From Takakia lepidozioides (Eukaryota > Plantae > Bryophyta), in assembly GCA_030704615.1 (NCBI GenBank), contig CM060731.1, forward strand, positions 16,802,001-16,866,000: a stretch of DNA of 64,000 nt, read 5' to 3'. The notes under the pieces were generated by a model. The model searched no databases and was not told where the DNA came from. It worked only from the letters and a program-made list of their open reading frames with translations. This document shows, in pieces, positions 24,011 to 36,500 of the stretch. Numbering within the stretch: position 1 is the first letter of the stretch; each line of letters starts with the position of its first letter. The position numbers and the translations under genes were made by a program.

Positions 24011-24399
24011 ACGTGCTGGACTCTGCACTACTGTACATTCTGTTCATTTACATATATTCGTGTGGGGGATTCTTGCTTACAAAACAGACAGTGCACCAAA
24101 AACAAAAATATGTTGGCACAACCTTTGGAGTCTTTATTTTCGAATCCGGTCTAAATGTTTTTTTCGAATGTCTCGTCATTGGGCGAATTCCAGTCCGTCT
24201 CTCAGTGCTTGCACTTGACTCAAGCCAAGTCTCCAACTGAGGTATATTCCCACTAAGAGGACCTTTACCCTATCATTATTGCCATACTTTTCAATTTGTT
24301 ACTCCTTAACTTATACCTCTCATGTTCTCCTCCTTTTCCTGGACCTCTAAGCGAATCTATGTCTAGCGACAAACGGTCTTCCATGTTTGTTTGTCCATT

Positions 24400-25700
24400 T
24401 TTAACTTAAACCAAAACCCCTACCTTAGTAAACCCTGATCCTCGTAAAACCCTTTACCCTAAAAGACCCTTAAGCATTTATCCCTAAAGTTCCCTTACCA
24501 TTCCTTTTGCAAATAAGATTGTACTATCCAATGTACCATAACCAATAATGGTTATGGACCTTATGGTAATCCAAATCTCTTCTCCCTTCCTTTTTCCGTT
24601 ACTTTTTCCGTTTGTTTTGGATTCACATGCACTTACCAAGTTTATATACTAGTGTGTTTTCTATGTATCTTAAGACCAGGTTCCAACGACGAGTCGTTAA
24701 TTTAAATACTTGTCCGTCTCAATGACTCTTCCATAATATTTGTTTCTCCATTTTTATTTCCAAATTTTTACCATAATTATACACACCAAGTTCTAGTGAG
24801 TGCGAGTCTTCCATATTTGTTTGTCCATTTATACCTTTACCATCACCGCTAAATCCTTACCTTTCGCTTTACCCTTCCCTTAACCCTTCCATAGGCTTAA
24901 GCCGGACCCTTAGTACCCTAAACCATTACTCTTACCATATACCAAAAACCTTTGTGTACTACCATAAATCCAAACCCTAAACCCTTACCTAGCCTTAATC
25001 CTTACCCTAAGCTTAAGCCTGACACTTACTACCTTAAACCATTATTCTTACCATATACAAAAAATCAGGTTAGTGTATCACCCTACTTACACTCCAAACC
25101 AAGTTATTGTACTACCATGTGTGAGTTTTCTATATTTGTTTCCTATTTGTTTGTCATTTTCTACCCTAAATCCTTACCCTTCTTTTTACCCTGGCCTTAA
25201 TCCTTACCCTAAGCTTAAGCCTAACACTTACTACCCTAAACCATTAGTACTCTTACCATATACCAAAAACCAGGTTAGTGTACTACCCTACTTACACTCC
25301 AAACCAAGTTATTATACTACCATGTGTGAGTCTTCCATATTTGTTTGTCCCTTTCTATCCTAAATCCAAACCCTAAACCCTTACCCTTCCCTTTACCCTT
25401 CCCTTAATCCTTACCCCAAGCTTAAGCGTGACCCTTAGCACCCTAAACCATTACTCTTACCATATACCAAAAACCTTAGTGTAATACCCTACTTAAACTC
25501 CAAACCTTATTGTACTACTATGTTACCTCTTGTAAAATTTGTATCATTCTCTTTTAATGTTTTCTTTAATTTTGTTGGATAACGTATGATAGAATGATTA
25601 TATGGATATCAAATTCCCCTTACATTTTTACATTCTATGGAGGTGAGTTGTCCATATTTGTTTCTCTCTTTCTATCCTAAACTTTTTAAAACCCTAAACC
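24400..25700. repeat. Degenerate ~200-bp tandem array rich in CCCTAAA/CCTTA telomere-like motifs
   Basis: About four copies of ccttaatccttaccctaagcttaagcc...taaaccatta...ccatataccaaaaac between 24790 and 25520. Confidence 0.8.
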
Positions 25701-26249
25701 CTTGACCGAATCACCACAAACTTGGACCTTATTGCACTTAATATATCTAGTTACACCCCAAACCTTATTTTACTACCCTAGTAGGTCATCTTCCTAATGT
25801 TTCAAGCTATTTTAATATTTTACTGCCCTTCTCACACCCAAAACATCATTCCAATGGCATTATCTATGAATATTGTGCTTGTCAGCATGAAGATTCAATC
25901 AAAATTACTATCAACTTATATCGAGTATGATAGAGTATGAGTCTACCCCATGTTCGATTCGACACATTTGTTTATCGTGATTACATAATGTAATATTACA
26001 TCATTTGACTTCCCAGTGGACGTTCAATGAATTGTTCAGTACTACAACTTCACAAGCACTTCAATGTCAAATGGACATCTTATATGTCACATTTTGAAGT
26101 AAGTATGACATCACTTGTAATTTCACAAAGTTTAATCACACATTACTGTCCATGATATTATTAACATTTGAATTAATTTTAATTCAAATATATATTAAGT
26201 TTGGTTCGGATTTAAGCCAAAAGTCCAGAATTAGTTAAAATAGGGTTTC

Positions 26250-26800
26250 CATCGGTGTTTCCATAAGTGAGGTAAGGAATCCGCCCATCTACAGGAGTCT
26301 ATATCAATGCAACAACAAATGATTCCTCCTCTCCCCCATGATGCCCCGAAGGAGTCGATGAGAGCCTTCTTTCGTTCTAATTTCCTGTCTGCTTTTGCAC
26401 ATAATTTTTGCTAGGCAAGCTTAGCAGCAATGGTAATGTCATAGAAAATATGTGTCAATATTTCTGTGCAGGAGGACAAGACATTGTCCATTGTCCATCT
26501 ACAAAGTGCTTTCCAGATCTGCCATAATGTGGCAGTGCGAAGAGCTTCAAACACCGGACATGTAGAGATCTCGGCCTTGGTGGTTTGGTTGTAATTGAGC
26601 TGAAGGGCTATTGGTTCATGGGGCATAATGTTCCAAACCCTGTAAAAGGTTAGAACTAGGGGCCAAATGGACATAGGCCCTATACAAAAGAGGAGACAGT
26701 GCTCTAGAGATTCAATGACATGGCACAATGATTCAATGATAGGGCACAATTTTGCAGTGTTGCAAGGTAGGCAATCAAACATACTATAATAATAGTAGCA
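26250..26800 (-). mobile_element. LINE (L1-like) zf-RVT C-terminal fragment
   Basis: CPII..ESLEHCLLFC...FEALRTATLWQIWKALC; similar to 54200-54620. Confidence 0.65.
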
Positions 26801-27707
26801 GTCGCTCCCAGATTTCCTTTTTAAACAATAATACAAATAATAATGGTTATGATCTATTATGTTCTCTTTATGCTACCGATACTCAATTATTGAAACTAAA
26901 GCCACTTTTATGCTTTCTACGGCAAAACTAAATCCACCTTTATTTTATGTTCTATTCACGCCCAAAATATATAGGTACGTACGTCTTCCCTTCGTCTCAT
27001 TTTGATTATATTTAGGTTAATAATCCAATAATTCACTTCACTACATCCAACCACTAGATGTAAGACGAAACAATAGCAACTTCTCGGCTTCCTGACCCCC
27101 TGCAGTGTTGGCGCAATGTTCTGCACCGAAGAAGCGGAGTAGAGCCCCAAACCATTTCCATCTCTTCTACAAATCGGTTCTACCGGAGGGAAGTCTGTCT
27201 TCAAAGACAGAGCAGACTTGAGGAAGAAAATGAATACTTTGGACATACTGGGGTCTCATCAAAACACGTCTGTTGGGATCCCAAGTCCGCCAGCAAGACT
27301 TTCCAATAAGGCGACATCGGCATTATTCGATATCATTTCTCCACTTTCTTCTCTTTTCTGTTCGTTTGGTTCTGCACTAATTAACTCCATCTTTTCTCAA
27401 TAGGCGGGGATGCAGCACGATACCTTCATCAATTTCCCTCCGTACAAAGTACTTTCTTGAACCTCCACTTGACAGTCGACGTTCCTCTTCTTAGCAATAT
27501 TAACCATCATCTTGAAACATTCCAAGCCCACAACATTGTACAGGATTTTGCCATTTTTTGCACAATCGTGTTGATCTTCCATACACTCAATCATTTTGGG
27601 TCATGGGTATTTTCATGGCAGAAACATTAATGTCAGTGTGTGATTAACCTACTCATGATAACTTTGTCTCTCATCCTTTACATGCAACAACGGGGAAGAG
27701 GAAACGG

Positions 27708-28525
27708 ATGTTGTTAATTTTGAGTGTCAACAGACTCCTCTACTACCGTCCACCCCCAACCGGCGGTGAACTATTTAAGGAGAAATTTCGTTTCAGGAAT
27801 GTGACACTTCAAGTTCTTGACAGACCGTTTGTGGTGCCTCGGCCTGGAGTCTTGGAGTTTCTGGACCTTGCATTGAAACATTTTCACGTGGCCATTTGGT
27901 CATGCGCTGATAGAGGTGTTCTTTGTAGGATGTCGGAGAGCTTCATCCCCACGAAAATAGCGAAGAAGTTTTGCTTCATATGGTCTGCTGAGGATTGCAA
28001 TGATACCACCGGTTATATCAGGCCCGGGATGAAATATCTCGTGAAGGATATTCGAAGTGTTATTGCCAAGTACCCTGGTAGACCGTTTGCTACGCGGGGC
28101 AAGTACTTATTGTAGATGATGAGCCATCAAAGGGCCTGTGAAACCCACAAAATACTGGATTTTTCCCTTTCTCATTCAAGCCTTCACCAAACGGCTTGCG
28201 TGACCGGGATGATATGACAAAAACAGTATGGCCATATATATCGGAGATGGCTGGAGCTTCAACAGTCGTTGATTACATTAGCGAGAACCGGACAAGGTGT
28301 TCTCAGAAGCCTATTGGTCGAGACCATGCCTGTTGGGCCTGGTATGGAAGATATCTTGATCCTTGTGTTTGGATCCCACAACAAAATGAACCTGATTACC
28401 TTTGTAGGCACGTGGATCCCACTGTTCTGTTGTTTGTTCAGAATTTGATTTTCCAATTTTTTTGCATTTGCATTTGCACTCTTACCTCAACAAATCCATA
28501 TGCAAAACTTCCACTTTGGGCCTAA
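27708..28525 (+). pseudogene. Third FCP1/SCP-like HAD phosphatase gene, degenerate
   Basis: LLILSVNRLL...RPGVLEFLDLALKHFHVAIWS...FCFIWSAEDC...YLVKDI, then a frameshift to LIVDDEPSKGL*NPQNTGFFP. Confidence 0.8.
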
Positions 28526-30164
28526 CATTTGTCATTTCAACCACGTGTCCCCAGTGACATTCAAGGAACGAATTCTAAAAGAGGAACAAGAGCTGCGCGA
28601 TTGGGAAGAATAGTGGGCGTGCCGGGAGGCTTCAAGGGCATCAAGTAGAGTTGGCAGTAACAGTTCAGATGACAATGTCAGCGGGTTTCACCTTCCTAAA
28701 AGTATCTCCGTGTCCTTTGGTGCGAAGACCGTTGCAAGTGGTTGTGGTAACCGGAGGCGTCTTCGGACAAATGCCTTGACTGCGAGCCATTTGGGATGAG
28801 GCTCAGTATTATTAATGAGTTAGTACAAGCCGTAACGGTTCTATGGCTTCAGAATCTATGGCTTGTATGACATTAAGTCCATGAAGGACAGTTGACGTTC
28901 ATTTTTCTGTTGGTCCATCGCCTTGAATGATATAATCTCAAATAAAATATGAATGTTTCATATCATCAATCAGGTCCCGACAAACTCGTTTTTCCATGTT
29001 GTCCTCTTCATCACATGCCATCATTGTTTCATATTTGGTTCTGCCATTGTTCCATGTTTGTTTGTGTATGTCATTTTGGATATTGGAGCTCTCATCATTG
29101 TTTGATTCATTACATCCTCCCATTCCTTTTAATGAACGTCAACTTGGCAGTGGATGTTCATCTAAGACCACAATACATACTTGTATTTTTGCGTAGAATG
29201 TGTGGAGGATTATATAATTCGTTGTTATATAGTGCACAAATAGTCAAATAATTATAGATATATCTCTTTATTTCTATTATAGATTATATTTATTCATATA
29301 TCTTATATTATTTCTGGACCAAACAAAAGTCCAGAATTAGTTAAAATAGTGTTTGGAGTCCAATCTTCAGCCTCCCCTGACTTGGACTCGGCAGACATTA
29401 ATTGGAAACATCTCAGGAAAGGGTCTAAGTCAAAATTGATCTTCTATAGATAAGCATTTTTGCTTTCTTCCTTGAGCCTAGGTCAGACTCGGCCCAGGGA
29501 TGATCACTTTTAGGTTGTTCTTAGCCCCTGGGCACTGATCTTCGATTAGCGCTCTAGGTTCTCGGCAGATCTTGCTCTTCTTTTAGGTTCAAGTCATTAC
29601 TGGCAGAAAGGATGACCAGGAAATATTCTAATCACTGTTCATAGGAACATCTTGGTCACCGCTCATTGGATTCTCCAACACGGTTCCTTGTGTTTAGGCC
29701 TCATGGCAACATTAGGGTTTGAAAGGGTTTTATTGTTTCCTTTCTAATAATTATAAATAAAGGTATCAGGGCCACTGTCCCCTGTTCTGTACATTTAAGA
29801 TAAAATAAAAATTGTGTAACAGGTGAAAAATGATCTAAGTGTATTCCACCCATAAATTAGTCTCTATCTTTCATGTAATTTATCTCTACATGTAGTGAGT
29901 TTTACTCCAAAATAAAATGACAATTGCCTGCCTCTTTGCATGTCGACTCCGATAAGTTGGGTTTGTTGGTCTTATTTTACTGTTTCAAACAAATAAATGA
30001 AATCTTCCAGGATTCTTGGTAGCATGAAAATGGGCGGAGGTTGTCAATAATTGATGGCACCACAAAAATACTCAAAAAAATTGTCCCTTTTGGACAAGCA
30101 AAACAAACTCTTAGTTTTTTCTTACATATAAAGGAAACCTGGGAGCGACTGCTCACAATTGAGG

Positions 30165-30342
30165 ACCTTGAGGGAAAAGTTAACCCCCTTTTAGATAAGC
30201 CATTGGACACACAAGAGGGAAACCTCACCCCGAGACCAAGTGGTCACGAAACAAATCATACCCATAGGACATAGTAGCAGGATTTGAACCCTGCACCACC
30301 AGGGTGACACCCAGTGCACTTATCCAACTGAGCTACCAGTCA
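30165..30342 (-). mobile_element. tRNA-derived SINE, copy 3
   Basis: Minus strand ggtagctcagttggataagtgcactgggtgtcaccctggtggtgcagggttcaaatcctgctac, with intact A and B boxes. Confidence 0.75.
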
Positions 30343-30361
30343 CAGGTAAGTCTTAGTCATA

Positions 30362-31057
30362 CCCTAGGTCATAGCAAATTAGGCACCCCAATTCCTAATA
30401 ATTATTAAATTTGGAATATTCTTTTTAGGCACTTTAAAAAATGATTTATATAAATTAGACACTTTTCATCCATAATTTTTGATGTTAGGCACCTTTCATC
30501 ACTTGGAACTTCTCCTTCCATCCCCAAAGGTCTCAGGTACCCTCTCTTTTCTTCCCCAAGACAAACCCTTAAAAAAGGTCTTTTCTAATGGAGATGGCGT
30601 CCGAGCCTTTGTTTATAGCCACAACTCCTCAAGTACAAGTGGAAAGGACTCTTAGTTGCTGAGAGGTACCAAATTTCTATCTTGATGTTGAGGTGGTGGA
30701 GAGCATGAGTCGATGCCTTGGAAATTTGCACATTGAAGACTCAGATGTACCTGACTTGAATGGGGATGAAGACTTCAATGATGAGCATATGCAGGATGTT
30801 CGAGACTCATTGGAAGGTCCTTTGGAGGTTGTATGGACCTAGGAAGTTGGCCTATACTTTTTGAACATTTATGGAGGCATTTGTTTTTTTGTTTTCAATA
30901 GAAATTATAGAGAGTAGGATATTTTAGACAATTTTACTGAATTAGGCACTTTCATATGATTTTTCCAACCTTTTAGGCATAAATCTTGAAAAATCACAGA
31001 TTTGCTTAGGCGCTTTTTTAAAATTTAATTTGTGCCTAATCTGCTATGAACCTACGG
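30362..31057. mobile_element. Non-autonomous DNA transposon with TA flanks (Tc1/mariner-like MITE)
   Basis: Imperfect TIR CCCTAGG-TCATAGCAAATTAGGCAC versus reverse complement CCGTAGGTTCATAGCAGATTAGGCAC; TA on both sides; internal TTAGGCAC repeats. Confidence 0.7.
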
Positions 31058-31122
31058 TAGTTGCATGGACTCACCGTTACCACAGTACCATTTTTTTAAG
31101 TACAAATATTCATAAAGGCCTC

Positions 31123-31325
31123 ACACTAATCAAAAGGTAATAATATATTTATGAGTTTTGGATAATACTATTAGTTGGTACTAGGATGGTCAGCACTAAT
31201 CGAAAGGTAATATTATATTTATGAGTTTTCGATAATACTATTTGTTGGTACTAGGATGACTAATCGAAAGGTAACATTATATTTATGAGTTTTGGATAAT
31301 ACTATTTCTTGGTAACTAGGATGGC
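31123..31325. repeat. Three ~66-bp tandem repeats
   Basis: ctaatcgaaaggtaatattatatttatgagttttggataatactatt(a/t)gttggtactaggatg x3. Confidence 0.9.
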
Positions 31326-31659
31326 AAGGATGAAATTGTGATGTATAAACTTATGAACCCAACATAATCCCATCCGATGATCGCATGTATTCCATCCATC
31401 CCCCTACCCACCCATAAAGTGCAAGGACAGAGCCCACACATGTATCATACATGTAGGAAGATACTCAACTCTATTTCTAAAAGAGCAAAAAATGATGGTC
31501 AATTGAACTACTCAGTGAGTCCAACAGAATGGTACCTACTACAAGTCATCCTTCTGGAGATCTTACAAACATAAGGAAAAACAAAATCCGCGCTATTAAC
31601 ATATCACTAGATATTTATGCCGCAACCGACGTAGCAGATCACATTAAACTAACATTGTG

Positions 31660-32460
31660 CTATTAAGTTCCCCCCCTTATTGGCTGCTCCAACCATCTCC
31701 ATTTCCTTGACCTTCAAATTTTCCCCAAACTGTTATTGGATGCTCAGAGATAATGATACTCTATCGATACTAACAACTAATACTGCACTTCGGTACTCGC
31801 TACGCTGCCATTACTTGTATTTTTCAACAACACTTCCACAGTGCGATTTCCCTCCCCATTGGCCCCTCCCACCGTCTTGATTTCCTTGACCAATTTTTCC
31901 CGGAAGTTTAATTTAAAAAAGAGGGGAAAAATTGAAGTTCAAGGAAAAGAGGGGCAATTTTTCTTTTTCCCGGAACTGTTGTTGGGTACTTATCTTATTG
32001 GGCTGCCATGGATTATCTGTAATTTTCAAATGACACGCTTAAAAAGTTAGAAAAGAATGAGCCTCGCAAAGGAAGTGTAAATTTGGCGTCTCCTCTTCAT
32101 CTCAAGGTACCGCTGCCACACTCAACATATGTTAGTGCAATTTCCCTCCTTATTGGCCGCTCCCACCGTCTCAATTTCCTTGCCCTTCAATTTTTCCGCA
32201 AGCTGTTGTTCGGTACTTATCTTATCGGGCTGCCGTTCATTACTCGTATTTTCTTATCATATCGTCCCGTGAAATGCTAGCACACAAATTACACGCTGCC
32301 ACACTCAACATATGTTAGTGCAATTTCCCTCCTTATTGGCCGCTCCCACCGTCTCGATTTCCTTGACCTTCAATTTTCCCGCACACTGGTGTTCGGTACT
32401 TATCTTATTGGGCCACCGTTGATTACTCGTATTTTCTCATCATATCGTCCGGTGAAATAA
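31660..32460. repeat. Imperfect ~180-300-bp tandem duplications upstream of the Mei2-like gene
   Basis: cgctgcca...gtgcaatttccctccttattggccgctcccaccgtctc...ggtacttatcttat recurs near 31800, 32110 and 32295, and partly at 31670. Confidence 0.85.
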
Positions 32461-33503
32461 TAGCAGACAAATAACACATTCACTCAAGACGGTGGGAGAA
32501 TGAAGAGATGATGATAATGATAATAAGAGTAGGTAATAATAAGAGGAGGAGGGGGAGGAGATGAGTGGACTAGAAAGGAGGAGGGAGGGAGGCGAGGAGC
32601 AAATGGGGAGGCGGAAGGAGGGAGTGAAAAAAGACGGGAAAGCAGCGTGCGAGGAAGCACCACGGAAACTAGAGGCGCGGTCAAAAGGGAGGGGGTGGGA
32701 AGGCGTGAGGGTTTGAAGAGGGGCATAGTATGGTGGGAATAGGGTCAATGCGCAGGGGGTAGAGCGGGGGCGAGAGTGGTGGCAGCAGGCAGAGGTGAAA
32801 GGATGAAGGATGTGGGAGGCAGCGTCGATTTAGTTGCAGATTTGTAAAGTCAAACAGGGAGCAAGGCAGAGCTTAAACACAGCGTGTGGAGAAGGCGGTT
32901 GCGGGTTGGTGGATGGTGTTTGAGAAGGGAAGGACAGATGCGCAAGTGTCGGGGTAGCATGATGGCAGCTACAGGATTTGTCAAGGTGCAGAACGGGACC
33001 TGCTTGTTGTCAAGTTTTGCGATCTGTGTCATGTCTTGTGATGGAGCTGCAGAGAGGCGAGTCAAAGGCTTGGTTTGGATCTTTTGGTTTGGACTCGACT
33101 GTGTGTTGAGATGAAGTTCGTGAGTGATTGAGAGTGTGTGAACACAATCAGTGTGTACTCGAACTTGGTTGCAGTGGCCGCTAGGTTTGTTGTCTTGGCT
33201 GCGATGCCGTGAGGTCGTGCTTGTGTGGTTGCCTCTTGCTTGGGATGTTAGTGCTCGCCACGCTTTTGTTTATGTGCCCCAGATGACTCAGTCTGCGTCG
33301 TTTCCTGTGGCTAGGGTTCTGAGTAATGTAATCTGATGCACAGCAACCCGGTAAGGCATCGAAGTTGCGGTCTCCTTGATCCAGAAGTCAACGGTGCCAC
33401 TTAGAAGATTTGTCATGTTAGGGTGATTGTGTTTGGTACAATTGCGGCATCTGACTGTTCCTCTTCCGTCCTGCCAGGGCACTTAGCAGACTAAGAATCA
33501 TCT

Positions 33504-36500
33504 ATGGAGCCAGGTAATCGGACACATCCTGACTCTGACCTATCCATGGGTCATCATTCGAAACCTCTGCCGCATGACTGGTCGGGAGACAATCAGGATT
33601 GGTCACGAAGGACCCTTCCGAATGGGAAGCCGAATGCGGATCAGTGGGCAGTGGGAGCAGAGCGTCGGCCCCCAAGTTTATCATCATACTCTTGGACTGT
33701 TTCAAATGAAATGAGTGGGATGCGTGGTGATCTGGTGGGATTGTCTTCATCGCCACGTGTTAATGGGACTGTCGACGACCTAGAGTCGTATGTTGGAGGG
33801 ATTGATACCAGCAATTTCTCGGCCTCTTTTCCAGCTCTCTTTCAAGCCAAAAGTGAGCTAATTACCCTATCTGTCTTTTCCTATTCTTCAAATTCTTAAG
33901 GATCACACAGTAGGTAGTTACTTCCAATTTGGAGTGTGCTTTCATGCTGCTGCCCGAGGGGACAAGTCTGGTTGTAGGTTTTGATAGATGTTGTGCTCTG
34001 GGGCTCAAGATTGCAACATGTCTGCTCCATTCCTCTCCACATGTGGGAAGGGACGACTTAACATATTTGTTCTGATAAGATGATTCTCATACTAGATTCT
34101 CTCTGATACAGTATCGCAATCACAACACAGTGGTGGAGTTCTTCTGAGGGTGTTACCTTTTTTTGCAGTGAAATTGTCAAACACGGATGCCTGTGTTGGT
34201 CAGTCTGTGGACACTGCAGCCTCGCACCTTATAGGGGACCTTGAAGGCGACGAGGCCTTTGGTTCACTGGAAGAGCTGGAGTTTCACACGATTGGCAACC
34301 TTCTCCCTGATGATGAGGAAGAGCTTTTGGCAGGGGTGACTGACGATTTTGACTGCACTGGTGCCTCAACTAATGCTGAAGAGCTGGAGGATTTTGATCT
34401 CTTCAGCAGTGGAGGAGGCATGGAGCTCGAGGGGGATCCGCAGGATGCTTTGGGCATTTTCATGAGCAGCCACCGGACATTAGATCCAATTGCAGGGGGC
34501 GTTGGGGGCCAGCAAAGTGGAGCTAATGCTCCAGGATCTGTAGCTGGCGAGCATCCATATGGAGAACACCCTTCCAGGACTCTTTTTGTGCGGAATATCA
34601 ATAGTAATGTTGAGGATACAGAACTCCGAGCTCTTTTTGAAGTATGGTGCTCTCCCCTAGACACTCAAAACTTGCTTTTTTAATGAGTTTGAAATGATGT
34701 TACTTCATCCTCTTCTTCAGTTGTTTCTATGCTACTCAAAGAGTTTGTCTTGTGGCAGCAAGACAAAAAGTAGTACAGCCAAATATGAGAGTCTTTGTAT
34801 TAATAAGCTTCTCAAGCCTTACTTTGAACATTCGCCAAGGTGCCTGGATTGGGCATATTAAGGAACATGGTTTACCAAGAAGGTTGTTTGCAAGCTAGAG
34901 AGTTGAGGAGCAAAGTAGGTACAAGTCATAGAGAGGGTTCGTTTGCATAATAGCAAAATTATCAAAGAAGGTTGTTGCCAGGACAGAGATGATGGTGTGA
35001 ACCCCACCAGATCCCGATACTGAGATGATAGACACCTTCAGGGGTTCTGTACCTCCATCTATGGACTGGTGATGAAGCCCCCAGAGTTCAGGGTCTTGCC
35101 ACTTTGTGGTGCGCAAGAGTGGAAAGGAATAATCACTGAATGGGGTGTGTGATTGTACTGCCCTCGCAGTCACAAGAAGAATAGCTGGCTGAGTTTCTCC
35201 CAGTGGATGGATGAGAGAAATTACCAAGCTGTCAGGATCTGTGTTTGTTTGTTTCATCCATCCAGCATGATATTAGTGAGTATCAAACTTCAGTCGTAGG
35301 CATCCCTATTGGACTGCAGTAACTATTGTTTCCAATGGCATCCTTACAAAACGATGGAAGTTGCAACTTAGTTGCCAGGCATGAGATTCAACAGCGGGCA
35401 GCAATTGTTATTGAGCCCAGCCAAACAGACATTGTTATAATCTGCTTCCAACAGTGCCTTGTAATGTACAGCGATTTTGATATTTCCTCATGCACTAATG
35501 TACAGGTCGTAAAGGTTAAACTTCTATACTTTGTGACCGACATCACAAATCGACTTGGTTGAGTCTGGTAGGAGTTCTCTGCAAAATTACAGTGAATTAA
35601 GAAGCAACTTGTATGTTACTCAACCTTTGAGGTTCCATGAGGATGCTTGATTTTATTCCTGGATGATTGCAGCAATATGGTGCAATACGCACCCTGTACA
35701 CAGCTTGCAAGCATCGGGGATTTGTGATGATTTCTTATTATGATATACGGGCCGCCCGCAGTGCCATGCGTGCTCTTCAAAATAAGCCGTTGCGGCGAAG
35801 GAAGCTGGATATTCATTTTTCGATTCCCAAGGTCCCTGTTTCTGGGTGCCCTCATTGTCATGCCAAGTCAAGTGATGGTTGATGCAAATCTTGTCAGATT
35901 CCAGCATCTCATCTCTTTGTGCCACCCAACATTATTCTTAAAACTATAATTTAACAAATAGAGCTTAGCATAAGTTTGTAGCTGTGGTGGAGATTCCACA
36001 GACCGTGATGGAGACACTTTGTGCTATCTGCCTAAACAGAGGTTAGTGTCAGGTTGAATTGAAGGTCTTTATGTGTGTGTGGATCAGGATAATCCTTCAG
36101 ATAAGGATATAAATCAGGGCACCCTGGTGGTATTCAATCTGGATGCATCTGTATCTAATGATGACCTTCGGCAAATTTTTGGTGTTTATGGAGAGGTAAA
36201 AGAGGTAAGCTGCAACGGGACATGGTCTCACCTAATCTCAAATATGCAGACAGAATGGTGGAGAGTAAAAGCAATGTATGTTGGATGGATGGAATTCTCT
36301 TGCATTGCAGACTACTTTGACTCTTCTGTTGTCCAATTGTGTTGGTGACCATTCCTTAATTCTTATTGTAAGTTCTTTTGTTTCCTACAAGTAACACACA
36401 GGTTGTAGATGTTGGGAGGATTGAATTGTTTGCTAGTGGTTAATTACCGTGCTGCAAAAGTCTTCCTTTTGGCTTGTGCAGCGTATGCTCTATGATGAAT

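Noticed and set aside
23862-24047. Poly-Lys/poly-Phe ORFs
   Set aside because: Artefact of a ~40-nt poly-T run.
6846-29350. Endogenous giant-virus (NCLDV) or bacterial contamination
   Set aside because: Spliceosomal introns, nested plant transposons and no viral hallmark genes were seen; a distant viral or bacterial origin of single domains is not excluded.
30270-30342. Functional tRNA gene (also 2810-2872 and 6390-6450)
   Set aside because: No proper acceptor or anticodon stems; a shared downstream body indicates a SINE.
31170-31325. 5S-derived sequence (gtactaggatgg) in the 66-bp repeat
   Set aside because: Only about 12 nt match and the rest is unrelated to 5S.
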